A DNA stretch of 63,641 nucleotides, filler included, from Salisapilia sapeloensis CBS 127946 (GCA_023334545.1; 9 parts of 9 records of this genome joined end to end with filler, not necessarily neighbours in it); one strand, 5' to 3'. Positions 1 to 11,744 are shown, numbered from the whole stretch's first letter. Translations and numbers: made by a program. Notes: generated from the sequence alone by a model not told the origin.

Positions 1-141
1 CGTCGGTGCTCGATCCCTCGTGCGGTCCGTCCGCCAGGCTGCAAATGGAACCCGTTCGTTCCACCGGTCTGTCGGCATCGTCGGCATGCCCAACGTCGGC
101 AAGTCCACACTCTTTAACGCGCTCACCAAGACGGAGTCCGC
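1..141 (+). repeat. 141-bp left end of contig 1, exact inverted copy of 5923-6063
   Basis: Base-by-base reverse-complement identity for 141 nt, then abrupt divergence. Confidence 0.95.
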
Positions 142-1340
142 GCAGGCGGCCAACTACCCATTTTGCACCATCGACCCGAATGTAGCTCGCGTTGCCGTGC
201 CAGATCCTCGTGTGCATCAGCTAGCTGCGATTGAGAACTCCAAGCGAACAATCGAGACGCAGGTACGTCCGGTCATTCATGCGCGCTTGTACGAAATAGA
301 GTAATACTGACAACTTATTGCAATCGCATAGCTCGAGTTCACTGACATCGCTGGACTTGTGCGTGGTGCTTCCCACGGTGAAGGATTAGGTACATGTGGT
401 GCATAAGACGAAGTATCTTGACTTTTTTTACAGTGCTTTCGTAGGCAATAAGTTCCTGGATAATATTCGCCAGGTCGCCGTCGTTGCGCATGTTGTTCGG
501 TGCTTTGAGGACACGAACATTCTCCACGTCGATGAAACTGTGGACCCGATTCGCGATCTGGAAACGATTCGGACGGAGCTCATCTTGGCGGATCTTCAGA
601 CGGTTGAGAAGCGCTTGGCCAACATTGCCAAGAAGAAAAAGTAAGAGACGTCTTGAAGTAATTAAGGATGCGTCATTTACTTATCAATGGACAGCGTGAA
701 GGACCCATCCATGGACAAAATTAAGGCCATTCTAGAGAAGCTGCAGCCAGTTTTGGAAGACGGGGAGCTGGCCAGCACGATCGAGCTGGACCTTCCAGAG
801 GATCGTGTGCTCTTCGATCGACTCGACCTGTTGACAGCAAAGAAAGCAATGTACTTGTGCAACGTATCCGAGGAAGATGCAGCGGAGGGAAATGAAATGG
901 TTCAAGCTGTGAAGGAGAAGGTGGAGAGCGAAGGCAGTCTTTGCATCCCAGTGTCGGCAGCATTAGAGGAAGCTGCTGCTACATTCGAAGATGACGAAAG
1001 CCAACTGGAATACTTGCGCGAGTGTGGGCTGGAAGAGACTGGATTGACACGAGTCATTCGTGCCAGTCAGGACCTGCTCCAACTCCAGACGTACTATACG
1101 GTAGGAGAGATGGAGGCAAGAGCATGGAATGTTCCTCGTGGCACCACAGCACCAGCTGCTGCTGCTGTCATTCACTCGGACTTTGAGAAGAAGTTCATTC
1201 GAGCGGAGACCGTCGCGTACGACGATTTCGTCCGAGCTGGTAGCATGAAGGCTGCCAAGGAGCAGGGACTCCTGCGAGCGGAAGGCAAGGACTACATCTG
1301 TCAGGATGGGGACATTTTCAACTTTTTGCTGAATAGATAG
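1..1340 (+). CDS. ychF: YchF/OLA1 Obg-family ATPase/GTPase, 5'-partial, 4 exons (introns about 263-331, 390-444, 641-694), probably organellar
   Basis: [15 protein letters not shown] (G1), [11 protein letters not shown] (G2), [19 protein letters not shown] (G3), YLCNVSE (YchF-type G4) and a C-terminal TGS-like region ([11 protein letters not shown]...[11 protein letters not shown]). GT-AG introns join the reading frames. Confidence 0.93.
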
Positions 1341-1469
1341 AATGCTTTTTGCTAGATCTCAACTACTCGTTTGTGGTGCATGAAAGGTCCCTGGTAGTCT
1401 TGCATCACTTCGTGCGATTTTGCATACCTGTTTGACCTGCTTCATGTCGAGAAACATTGATATGAAGCC

Positions 1470-2960
1470 TCATGCAGTGCTTCGAGAATGTGGAAATGCA
1501 CTGGAATTGTGCTTTGTGCTGATTTTGGCAGCACGACTGATGGTTAGTCGTTGCATTCTGTCTAGTGGAGTTGTAGGATCACATCGCTCTGGACGTACTT
1601 CATCGCTTTTGTTTGATCGTTCGAAGTGTCCTCTATCTTCACCGTGATTGTTCAAAGTGCTTTGGTAGATTGACTCGGCCAGTTTTGCGCTTGATAATTC
1701 CTTTTTCTCCCTTGTCGGGTTTCTCTTGTCGTAGATTTCTCTATCTTCTCGCAGCTGAATGCTCTTACGTCCATAGCCAAGTCGGTCATTTAAAAAATCT
1801 TCATGCTCTATGTGCCTCGCTGTTCGGTAATTCTTTTTCGCTGGTGCTGTAAGCGGTCGATGTGGAATAAATGTAGACTCACTGTCGGATGTGGGTACTG
1901 TATCGGGCGATTTGCCCAAAGGCTTGTACTCTTGTTTACTGGAGTTATTAATGTTGTTGCTCTTAGGACATGGAGAAGTGCCCTTACTTGGCGTACGCTT
2001 TTGAGAGCAGCCATTCTTTTTGTCAGAGTGCTGAAGCTGCAATGCATTCATCTCCTCATGGTTTGCTTCCGTAGGGTCGGGCGAAAGATCAGTGTCCCTT
2101 GTCGATGTAAAGTATGCATCTCTTTTAACTTCGACATCATCATGTTCACCTCCAAACTGATCATGGTGAGAATTATACGCTGCTATCGTTGCTCCATGAT
2201 CTAAGACAGGGTTCGCTAGTCTATTTATTGTGCTCTTTCGAGCTGTCTTTGGAATTAAGCTAGGCCGAACTCTATACGTTGCTGCCACATGTAACAGATA
2301 GCCATTTAATACCGACTGTGGCTTCTTGACATTTCTTGTACTCTGCTTCTTCTGAACTCGACCGGGAGCACAAGATGCATGAGTGGGCATTGGAGTTTTA
2401 GATTTCGACAACTTGTATACATCTTTTCGTTCTAGCTGCTCGAGTATCCGGAGAGCTTTGTCGCTTAGTTCTGAGTGTAGTGAAGCTTCACTAGCGAGTT
2501 TTGGAGAGCTTGTGTCGATTGTTTTACCACATTTTGCTATTATACGCCTTCTTCCATGCCTAATGCATTTGTGCCCTGATTGCACTTTTGTTTTTGGTAC
2601 CTGTGGTCTGACGCACATGAGATCTACAACATCCGTATAGTTGTCGTCCCCGTGCTCTTCTGTAGCAAGTGACAATAATGATTTAGTTTTATCATCGCAT
2701 TCCTCTACAGCCTGATCATCATAAATGTTTGGCAGATACGACGCAGGAAGGCTCAATCCAAACAAAGGTATTGTATCATGCTCTAAAAAGCTGACAAGTT
2801 CGTCGTTTGCACTGTCCTCACTTGCACAAGACTGCAGTATCCTTGGAGAAACAGTAGCATGGCGCGAAGGGTCATCACTTAAACTGGATGGAGCTCCTTG
2901 TAAGATAGCATTAGAAGATGGCTGGATTGTGTCAATGGAGTAGCTTGATGACATTGGCAA
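1470..2960 (-). CDS. Hypothetical protein, 496 aa, low-complexity and probably disordered
   Basis: Long uninterrupted ORF, S/K/D-rich, no recognisable domain. Confidence 0.65.
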   Translation of the reverse strand: MPMSSSYSIDTIQPSSNAILQGAPSSLSDDPSRHATVSPRILQSCASEDSANDELVSFLEHDTIPLFGLSLPASYLPNIYDDQAVEECDDKTKSLLSLATEEHGDDNYTDVVDLMCVRPQVPKTKVQSGHKCIRHGRRRIIAKCGKTIDTSSPKLASEASLHSELSDKALRILEQLERKDVYKLSKSKTPMPTHASCAPGRVQKKQSTRNVKKPQSVLNGYLLHVAATYRVRPSLIPKTARKSTINRLANPVLDHGATIAAYNSHHDQFGGEHDDVEVKRDAYFTSTRDTDLSPDPTEANHEEMNALQLQHSDKKNGCSQKRTPSKGTSPCPKSNNINNSSKQEYKPLGKSPDTVPTSDSESTFIPHRPLTAPAKKNYRTARHIEHEDFLNDRLGYGRKSIQLREDREIYDKRNPTREKKELSSAKLAESIYQSTLNNHGEDRGHFERSNKSDEVRPERCDPTTPLDRMQRLTISRAAKISTKHNSSAFPHSRSTA

Positions 2961-3178
2961 TCAGCATCGAAAGTTCACGAAAGTATTGTCCATTTCCAGA
3001 TTATTTATAGACCTGCACAGAGCTCTTGACAAGTACCGAGCTTGAATTTCGGATCAGGTGCATGATACGAAATCCTCCGTGGATCGTCGCTTTCTTCTGT
3101 GCCCCTTGACCGATGCAGAGTTCGACTAGTCACCATCGCATTTGTATAAAGGGTAGCTTTAAGTAAGTTTTCATAGCC

Positions 3179-5868
3179 ATGCCTCCGCCGCAACGACCTC
3201 CAGGTCCTCCACCTCGCCCACCTGGACGTCCACCGAGCACCGTACCTAGTTCAGATGCCACTGCACTGCCAGGTACAATACCTCCAAGACCACGGCCACC
3301 GCCACCAAGAGCACCACCTCCAAGACCACCTACAAATCCTCCTCCTCGCGCACCGACTGCACCACCACCTCGACCTCCAGGGGAGCCACCTTCCAAGCCT
3401 TCTGCACCACCAAGCAAGAACGCAATTCCAGCACCACCTTCAGGCGCTCCTGCGTCTGCACCTCGTGGAGCACCTCCCAAACCACCGGCATCCGCACCAC
3501 CTGAAGTAGACGACGATGCAAGTGACTCTGCAACGCCACCTCCATCTCCACGCACAATTGAAAAGCTAGTACGAAGAGGTCGTCTACATTTCAAGCTATT
3601 GGAAGCACGAGGGCTACGAAAGCATGGAGGTAGTGAAAAGAAAAAGTTTAGTGCCGATGTGTACATCAAGATACGCCTCGGGTCTCATCCCATGACGTCT
3701 CAAGACCATCGGACGACGACGATTAAGAAGTGCATGTCGGCAAACGTCCAGTTCTCGGATGCAGAACTCGCATTTGACTTGACGGATCCAAAGTCGATGG
3801 TCACGGATGGCGACTTGCCCATTAAGCTACAAGTCTATGATGAAAATTTACTGTCAGATGAGCTTCTAGGCGAAACCACTTTCTCCGCACTGCGCTTCTT
3901 CGATGGAAAAGCGCATATGGAAGTGTTGCCGCTCACATTGATGAACAACAAAGATCGACCTCATTGTGGCGACATCGAGTTGGAAGTTCGTATGGAAGTG
4001 GCGCTCATCGGCATGATCTCCATCATCCTCTTAGAAGGTCGGAATCTAAAGTCCATGGAGCTCATTGGGAAACAGGACCCGTACTGTAGACTAGCCATTA
4101 ACAACGTGTCCAAGCGCAGTAAGACGATCAGCAAAGGAGGAAAGAACCCTCTGTTTGACGAAGAAGAGATCGTCTTCTGGATCACGCCAGAGCTGTGGGT
4201 GAGTCCAGTGCACTTCAGCGTGTTTGACGAAGACATTGGCAGTGACGACCTCATCGGGGAGGCAACGTTTTCAGTGCTTCACTTTATGACGCACGCAGTG
4301 AAGCAAGCCCTCGACATTCCGATCGCGCTAAAGAACCGGTCACAGAATGCAGGAGAGGTGCTGACGAAGATCCAGTTCTTTCCAGCAGGCGAGCTTACTA
4401 TTCGTTGTCTGGCTGGGAAAGACCTTCGGAATGTAGATGTGATGGGGAGGCAGGACCCGTACGTACGGTTTACGTTAGAAGGTATCGCTACCAAGATCAC
4501 GTCCAAGACCAAGACGGACACGGACGGAGGTCGGGAGCCAGAGTGGGAGAATGAAGTCTTTGTATTCCAAGTCGTGGACCAATTTAACATTCTGATTGAG
4601 GCGTGGGATGAAGATTCAGTCGGTGAAGATGATCTCATTGGTGCCACGACGCTGTCCTTGTTACCAGTGTATCGATACGGATACCTTGACAATTGGATTC
4701 CGATCTACATTAAAGACAAGTTTAATGGCAAATCACCTGCTGGCCAATTGCATTTGGAACTGAGCTTTGTCGGGTCTCCAGGGATAGCTTTTCCACAGCA
4801 TCAAGTGGGAATGGATAGATATGACGAGAAGCAGCGACGGACGAAGGAGACTGTTGGAGATGAGATAGTGAGTTTGGAACAGACATCTGCGGTAAACCCG
4901 TCCGAGTACAAGCCAGTGGAGAAGGCAACGCCCAAGTTCAAAGCGACGAGACCGAATCGTTTTCTGGAAGCGTGAGTCCAACATGTTTCCTTATATCTTT
5001 TAACCGGCTAATCAATTGACGCTTTGGTAGGGAAAGCGAATTCACAGACGATGAGATCGTTGGTGCTTTTAAATTCATCGATTTGGACAAGAATGAATTC
5101 ATCGGTGCAGCCGAGCTGAGACATTTACTTATTTGCATGGGTGAGCTGATTACCGATGAAGAGGTGGATGAAATGATCAAGCTATGTGATACTGATGGAG
5201 ATGGCCAAGTGAGCTTTGAGGAGTTCCGACGGATGGCCGTCCACCCTGATCCAAGCAGCCCAGACTTTGCCATTTCTGCTGCAGATGATAATGCATCGGA
5301 CGATGAAAAGGATGACGATGAAACAAAAGCGAAGCAACAGGAAATTAAAGACCAAAAGATGCGTCTGATGAAACGCTTCTGTGAAGATAACAATCCATCG
5401 CTCGACCTGCTTTCCCAGATATTTCAAAAGTACCGGACGATGCGACGAGAACAGCTCGACTTTGATGACTTTTGCATGCTGTTTGATGTTCAGCCGACTG
5501 GGGAATATCGACGATTGTTCACACTGTTTTCACCTGATGGAACTAGCACGGAAGGCGCAGATCTGCGTGAGATACTGTTGTCTATGGTTAACTTTATGGA
5601 TGCGACGGACCGAGCAACACGCGTTAAGTTCTGCTTCGAGATATTTGATGACGATAAGAACGGGTTCCTCACGGAGGATGAACTCGTTAACATTCTGAAG
5701 GCGAACTACATGACTACACCAGACCGAGTGAAGAAGAAAGCACAGACCATCATGAAGCAGGCGGATGACAACGGTGATAACAAAATGAGTCTCGACGAAT
5801 TTTACGCCATCGCAAAGAGATTCCCAAACTTGCTCTTCCCAACCATTGCATCGAATGAGTCAATTTGA
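3179..5868 (+). CDS. Proline-rich N-terminus, three C2 domains and multiple EF-hands (Ca2+/phospholipid-binding protein); intron about 4972-5030
   Basis: C2 signatures (DVYIKI...VYDENLLSDELLG; QDPYCRL...FDEDIGSDDLIG; QDPYVRF...WDEDSVGEDDLIG) and EF loops DLDKNEFIGAAE, DTDGDGQVSFEE, DDDKNGFLTEDE, DDNGDNKMSLDE. A GT-AG intron joins ORFs 3179-4975 and 5083-5868. Confidence 0.88.
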
Positions 5869-5922
5869 TAATAGACAAGCATTTAAGCTTTACATCCATC
5901 GCGTAAGCTTCGAGTAATATAA

Positions 5923-6063
5923 GCGGACTCCGTCTTGGTGAGCGCGTTAAAGAGTGTGGACTTGCCGACGTTGGGCATGCCGACGATGCCGACAGACCGG
6001 TGGAACGAACGGGTTCCATTTGCAGCCTGGCGGACGGACCGCACGAGGGATCGAGCACCGACG
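5923..6063 (-). repeat. 141-bp right end of contig 1, inverted copy of 1-141 (5' fragment of ychF)
   Basis: Exact reverse complement of positions 1-141. Confidence 0.95.
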
Positions 6064-6163
6064 NNNNNNNNNNNNNNNNNNNNNNNNNNNNNNNNNNNNN
6101 NNNNNNNTTAATTAATTAANNNNNNNNNNNNNNNNNNNNNNNNNNNNNNNNNNNNNNNNNNNN
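6064..6163. other. Artificial contig-joining spacer (N44-TTAATTAATTAA-N44)
   Basis: Stop codons in all six frames inside N runs; the same 100-nt spacer occurs 8 times. Confidence 0.97.
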
Positions 6164-6454
6164 ACTGTCCTGCTCTTCGTTTGGTGACGATAGATTGGAA
6201 AAGTCTAGCACTCGAGTAGCTTGACAAGAAGTGCGATTGGAGAGGATTTTTGACTCTTTCTTCCTACGATTCTCTTTCCAAACACCTGCAATGCTGAGCT
6301 CGTCATCGAAGCATGCTCGACAGCAGCAGCTACACCCGGAAATGAAGATATTCTAGCCAAGTGGACAATGCAGACAACCATACTCGTGGCTATCAAGTCG
6401 CTGACATCGCAGCTCATATTAAAAGAAAACGAATGATGCATTGCACTACTATTT

Positions 6455-7968
6455 TTATTCGTACGGCACGTACTCGAGCTTCTTACAATTGTTAAACTGC
6501 TCGGCTTCCGAACTAATGAATGTTGCCAACGGATCGATACCAGAGAACTCTTTCCACTGGGCCATCGTCCGCTTATTCCCAAGCGTAAATTTCTCCAAAT
6601 CCGTCCGATCAAAGTCTTCCTTCGTCACTGGCAGTCCGAGGTTGTACCGAATCCGACGCTTCGAAAGCTGCTGCCGCTTGTACCGTGCCGACCAATCTCG
6701 CTCCCACATGACCTTGCGAGGCTCGTACCAGTGGAACACTAGATCGTCGCTAGGCGTGTAAAAGTCGTATCCGCTCGTCCAAAGTCTCGCTGCACGCGAG
6801 TACTCTTCTCCATGGAAGAGGTACGGCGTATACGGATCGTCTCGCACTTCCTTGACGGCTTCGCACGTGGCAAAGTTGAAGCCGCCAGCAAATTGAGACA
6901 TGAGTCTCGGGCCGTTCATCTCTGCTTTCTTGATCCATGTAGGTGCTCCGTACTGAATCATGGCATCCGCGTCCTTGGTCTCGATGCGAGAGATACACAT
7001 GAGTTGGGAAGCATCCGTCATCTTGGATTCCTCCAGGAGCTTAACGGACTTGGGATAGACCGTAAGGATGGCCTTGTCGTTTCCAGTGGCCTCCCACTGC
7101 GACATCATCCGGTCGTCCCAGTTCGGAACGAAGACAATGTGCGAGTCAATTGTTAGACAAAAGTCTTCGTCCGTAATGGCTTCCTGCGTCCGGTAGCGAG
7201 CTTCCGTCGGTCCCTATCACACGGATTTAGTTTTGTTGAAAGCGTAGTGGCGAATAGGAGAGTTATACAGTAGCATTCAAGGCATTAATCTGGTCAGAGA
7301 TGATCTGCGGACGACGTGTGCATGGCTCACCAACGAGGTCGCAATAGTCTTCGACGCACGGTCGCTCACCTTCCTCTTCGTAGATCTGATCATAGATGCT
7401 GATGGTAACTAGATCTGGCTCCACCGCGTTATCAAAGATGGACTGCAAGGTCTCAGCACATCTACGAGGCTGTATAAGTACTTGGAAGTAGTTGTAAGAA
7501 AGAGGAGACGTACCGCTTCGTATCCCGGTAATTGGCAATTAGAACCATTGTTTTCCTGCCTTTGATGTGGTCACTAGCGACGGAAGCTTCTTGCTGCTCA
7601 GCATTTTCTAGGTTCTGCTGGTGAGCGTCCTCTTGCTGATCTAGTCTCTGATCCTTTTCATCCACTGTATATGCAACGCCTTCTTTCTCACTTAGATCAT
7701 TATTAGCCTGGAGTCGATCCGGCTTCTCCACTACTACACCCCCTTCATGTGGGAACGTTGCAATCGGTTCTTCATCGTGACGAAGGATATTGGAGCGCTG
7801 TACATCGGACGCCGCCGATGGTGCAGTCTGTTGCAAAAAGACAAATTCATACGTGACCACGATGACACACGCGAATGGGAATAGGATCAATAAGGCAAAT
7901 CGGCCATCCCAACCAGTTGCATGACGATTGCGATCATGCATACGTCCGTGTCCACCACTCGCTCGCAT
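6455..7968 (-). CDS. GT60/PF11397-like alpha-GlcNAc transferase (Gnt1/Skp1-GlcNAcT homolog) with type II membrane anchor, 3 exons
   Basis: N-terminal TM helix, VLIANYRD.RC.ETL, GPTEARY, the DSH motif (TIDSHIVF), FAGGFNF, PYLFHGEE and YDFYTP. Introns lie near 7463-7513 and 7215-7270. Confidence 0.85.
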
Positions 7969-8546
7969 TGCACTCGCTTGATAAGGTGCTTCCTGCGACA
8001 GAGGATTCCGATCAACCTAGACCGGCTTCGCCAGGTCGAACGTGGCGCGATCCGACTCGTTTCTATTGGTTATAATTCGACATTTCTACCAATACAAATA
8101 TATGGAAACTTGGCCATCATTGGGAGCCGGCTACAAGAGGTCTTCATTTTTTAATTACTTTCTCTCATAAGAAGACATATAGCTTCATTGATTCGTCTTT
8201 AAGCCCATATTTACACAGACTTGCCCGGAGGATTGGATCACGAAAATGACGCTAAGCTCAGAAGAGGAAACCATAACATAATAAAATACAATGTGGTCTC
8301 TCTTTACTTTAGCACGACTCCGCGCTACCTCGTAGTCCTCGCTCGAAAATGTTGTGCTGGCGGCTTGGCTGTGCGGAGGCATATGAAAAGCTAGTCAGTC
8401 GGAGCAACAACGCTAATTGTAAGGAAAGTGTTGCGAATTCTGGTCACTAGTCTTTTGTATGCTCTCGCACACGCGTGGATCAATCGAACACTCGAGCGCG
8501 AGGACATCAAAGTAGCGATCTTTTTCTCTTTGAACAAAGAATTTAT

Positions 8547-8777
8547 TTAATTAAACTCTTTGGAATCCAATTGGATTCTCCTGCCCGAGGACAGATGTGT
8601 GTTCCGTTTCTCTTGCGACTTGGACCCTTCAATTCGAAATGGCGTTTGACGTAAGGCCCATGTAATATCTCTGTAGCTTGCCGCTGCTAACAGATCTTCA
8701 AAGTAGCGATCTCGAATCGACCACCAAAACTTTTGTTTCTCAAATTTCCAATTTTGACATGGATAGATAGAGAGCAC
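8547..8777 (-). repeat. Possible distant member of the decayed coding repeat at 9450-9783
   Basis: Weak peptide similarity (WKFEKQK...YRDITWALRQTP vs CKFEKAR...ATLRRALYTVP). Confidence 0.3.
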
Positions 8778-9449
8778 TCCAAAGGGCCTAATGGGATGGT
8801 CCAGAGGCTCTACGTGTTGTTCTTTGTCTCATGAGAGCTCACTGAAAAACAGTCCACCTTTTCAAGCTCGCTTTGACTTGGAGTCTGTAGGAACACACCT
8901 CAAGCTTGAACGCGAAAGGTCAGAGCATTGGAGTTGCAAGCTCACGAGTAGATGGCTGGTTTGGCTAATATACACTATGATTTTATGATGGTCATAAATT
9001 GGACACAAGAAGAGTCGTGTTGTACGCCTATCGGAAAGATGTGGCTTTAGGACGGTGCTACACGTACCATAGTATAGTATATACAGCAGCGCTGTTTAAA
9101 AGATATGCTTTCGTTTCTTTCTCTGGAGAGAAGTAGATTAAGAAATAACTTTCTAAATCGATCGCCGGATTTGCCTTTTATATAGCCTTTGATGTAACTT
9201 CGATCAGGTAATGGAGGATCACATCAGACAGGAAATAGTAGGAATAAATGAATTTACAAGGTCATGACTGTTGAGCGAATTATCGGATTTCATCCAAGGC
9301 ATTTAAGGCAATATGAAAGCAAACATGGATGAATTGTAACAGGAATCAATGCTCAAGTCTTTGACGGCCGATCCTGCTCTTACGTCGTTATTTACCTTTT
9401 CAGACATATTCACGTACATCATTCGTTCTTCCAAGATGTCTTGGTGGGG

Positions 9450-9783
9450 CTAGTATCGAGCTCATCGTGGTGGATCGACGGGAGTCCTTCAGGTTGAAGT
9501 ATCATTCGATTTACTTGCAACATTGAGCTTTTCGCTGTTTTACTGGGACGGATACAGTGTGAGACATATATCGATCAATTATTTCGTCTAGCACTGTACT
9601 GTGTCTGTCCGAAATAATAGCGAAGAGCTCACCAAGTCTTTTGCGCGCTTTTTCAAATTTGCACATTTCGAGCACTAGGCGTGCCTTGAAGTCTTCTCGA
9701 AGATGATTTTCTCCTGATTGCATCCAAGACCAAGAACAGAAATTCGCATCTTCGTTGGCAGTACAGAACACTCGCTTACGCAA
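9450..9783 (-). repeat. Decayed dispersed repeat with coding remnant (copy 1), probable TE relic of unknown class
   Basis: MQSGENHLREDFKARLVLEMCKFEKAR matches MQSGGNDLQEDFKSRLVLDWCKFGKAR at 50991+. The nucleotide block gcaagtaaatc...cttcaacc...gtcgatc...gctcga is shared with 41107 and 51240. Confidence 0.75.
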
Positions 9784-10172
9784 TCGATATAGTGGGCGAA
9801 AGATTTATCGAAGTGCTACGTTGGATTTCCATAACATGCACCGACTCTGAGTCGGCAATTTTCAACGAACACAGAGCTGTCCGATTGTTTGCCAAGAATA
9901 GGATTGCGAAAGGCAAATCGTCAATCATGCCGAATCGGTATTTCGGGCAAAGACGGTCCGAACTAGCGTTCAATGCAGCTTCGTCCGCCTAACGATCATG
10001 AGGCAAAGAGTTTGAAGATGCCTTCAATAAACAACCAAAAGTAGAATGGAGAAATATAAAACTCATGTAATGCTAACAGATAACAGATCTCTGTCTGTGA
10101 ATAGTAACCATCTAAAGCTATGATACCTTTGTATGGAATCAAGATGAATCACTTGTAAAGACCAATCGCTTC

Positions 10173-10295
10173 CTACTTTCCAGTCGCGATTAAGTCCCAG
10201 GCAGCTTGGATGTACTCGTGGATATGGTCGACTTCACCCCACACGTCGCCTTCACTTCCCGAAATGCAAGACATCTTGCTCCAGTCCATACACCC
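10173..10295 (-). CDS. Possible 3' end of a gene running off the contig (GCMDWSKMSCISGSEGDVWGEVDHIHEYIQAAWDLIATGK*)
   Basis: Open frame from the contig edge to TAG, with coding-like composition; family not recognised. Confidence 0.35.
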   Translation of the reverse strand, partial: GCMDWSKMSCISGSEGDVWGEVDHIHEYIQAAWDLIATGK

Positions 10296-10395
10296 NNNNN
10301 NNNNNNNNNNNNNNNNNNNNNNNNNNNNNNNNNNNNNNNTTAATTAATTAANNNNNNNNNNNNNNNNNNNNNNNNNNNNNNNNNNNNNNNNNNNN
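10296..10395. other. Artificial contig-joining spacer
   Basis: N44-TTAATTAATTAA-N44. Confidence 0.97.
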
Positions 10396-11661
10396 CCGTC
10401 GAAAGAGGTCTTCCAGCTCTTCGATCGTCTTCTTCTTCTCAAGAGAGGAGGCGAGACAGCATACTTTGGTGATATTGGAGTGAATTCTTGTGAGCTTATC
10501 AAGTACTTTGAAGGATTCGAGGAGGTGCCAAGAATCGAGGAGGAATACAATCCAGCGACATGGATGCTGGAAGTCATCGGAGCTGGTGTCGGTCATGGAG
10601 AAGATGGGGAAGGAGCGTCTGGATACAATGTAGACTTTGTCACAAAGTTTAAAGAAAGTAGCAAGTATCAAGAACTAGCGGATAAGCTCGGACAACCAGG
10701 CGTCTTCGTTCCTGGCGGTGAAAACAGTGCCATCACGTACGAGAAGAAGCGAGCATCCAGTGACTTGCAACAGTTCCGGTTCCTCCTTAGCCGCTTCTTC
10801 GCCTTGTACTGGCGGACACCTTCATACAACTTGACACGATTTGCATTCTGCATTTTCGTCGGACTGTTACTCGGTCTCACCTTCCTCGATGCCGAGTACG
10901 TCACCTACCAGGACATTAACGGCACCATGGGTATCCTCTTCATGGCCGGGTCGTTCATGGGTGCTGTCTCGATGATCAGCGTCATGTCCATCACGGACGA
11001 AGACCGAACAGCGTATTATCGAGAGCGAGCGTCTCAGACATATAAAAGTCTCTGGTACTTCCTCGCATTTACCGTTGTCGAGATACCGTATCAACTCGTC
11101 GCTGGCTTGGTGTTCACTGTCATCATCTACCCAATGATGAACTTCCCAGGCTTCGTCCACGGCGTCTACTTCTGGCTCGTCACGTCCTTTAACCTGACCA
11201 TGTTCACGTACTTTGGTCAGCTCTTCGTCTACCTCTTACCAACGCTAGAGCTCGGTATGGTCATCTCGATGCTCGTGAATCAAATCTTCTTCATGACGTC
11301 CGGATACAATCGACCGTCGGTGAGTATCCCTCAAGGCTACAAGTGGGTCCATGCGATCACACCGCAGAGATACATCTTTGCATTGTACGGAGCAATCGTC
11401 TTTGGTGAGTGTTCAGACCAAGAGATGGTGGAAGCGAGTGCCCCAAACGCGACCTGGGAAGACTATCCCATCGGCTGTCGGCCGATGCAGCAAGCACCTC
11501 AAGAGCTCGAGAACGTGCCGATCAAGGTGTACTTGGAAGAGGTCTTTGACATTAATGCTGATGACGTCGCCTTCTACCTCGGTGTCTTTGCCGGTATGAC
11601 TGTTGCCGTTCGAATACTCGCCGCCGTGTGTCTTCGTTGCATTAACCATCAAAAGCGTTAA
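10396..11661 (+). CDS. PDR/ABCG-type ABC transporter, C-terminal part (end of NBD2 and TMD2), 5'-partial
   Basis: PSKEVFQLFDRLLLLKRGGETAYFG, NPATWMLEVIGAG, YWRTPSYNLTR, YYRERASQTY, IPQGYKWVHAITP; about six TM helices. Confidence 0.93.
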   Translation, partial: PSKEVFQLFDRLLLLKRGGETAYFGDIGVNSCELIKYFEGFEEVPRIEEEYNPATWMLEVIGAGVGHGEDGEGASGYNVDFVTKFKESSKYQELADKLGQPGVFVPGGENSAITYEKKRASSDLQQFRFLLSRFFALYWRTPSYNLTRFAFCIFVGLLLGLTFLDAEYVTYQDINGTMGILFMAGSFMGAVSMISVMSITDEDRTAYYRERASQTYKSLWYFLAFTVVEIPYQLVAGLVFTVIIYPMMNFPGFVHGVYFWLVTSFNLTMFTYFGQLFVYLLPTLELGMVISMLVNQIFFMTSGYNRPSVSIPQGYKWVHAITPQRYIFALYGAIVFGECSDQEMVEASAPNATWEDYPIGCRPMQQAPQELENVPIKVYLEEVFDINADDVAFYLGVFAGMTVAVRILAAVCLRCINHQKR

Positions 11662-11744
11662 GCTTGCATAACAACTCGTAACTTGATTCCATTCCAATTT
11701 AGTGCAAAAGCTTGGGCTAAACAACAAAATCTCTCCTCTCTTCC

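Noticed and set aside
6064-6163. Recurrent TTAATTAATTAA palindrome in N runs as a biological repeat
   Set aside because: Identical 100-nt construct between contigs with six-frame stops; a concatenation linker. ORFs in the track that include X residues are artefacts at these ends.
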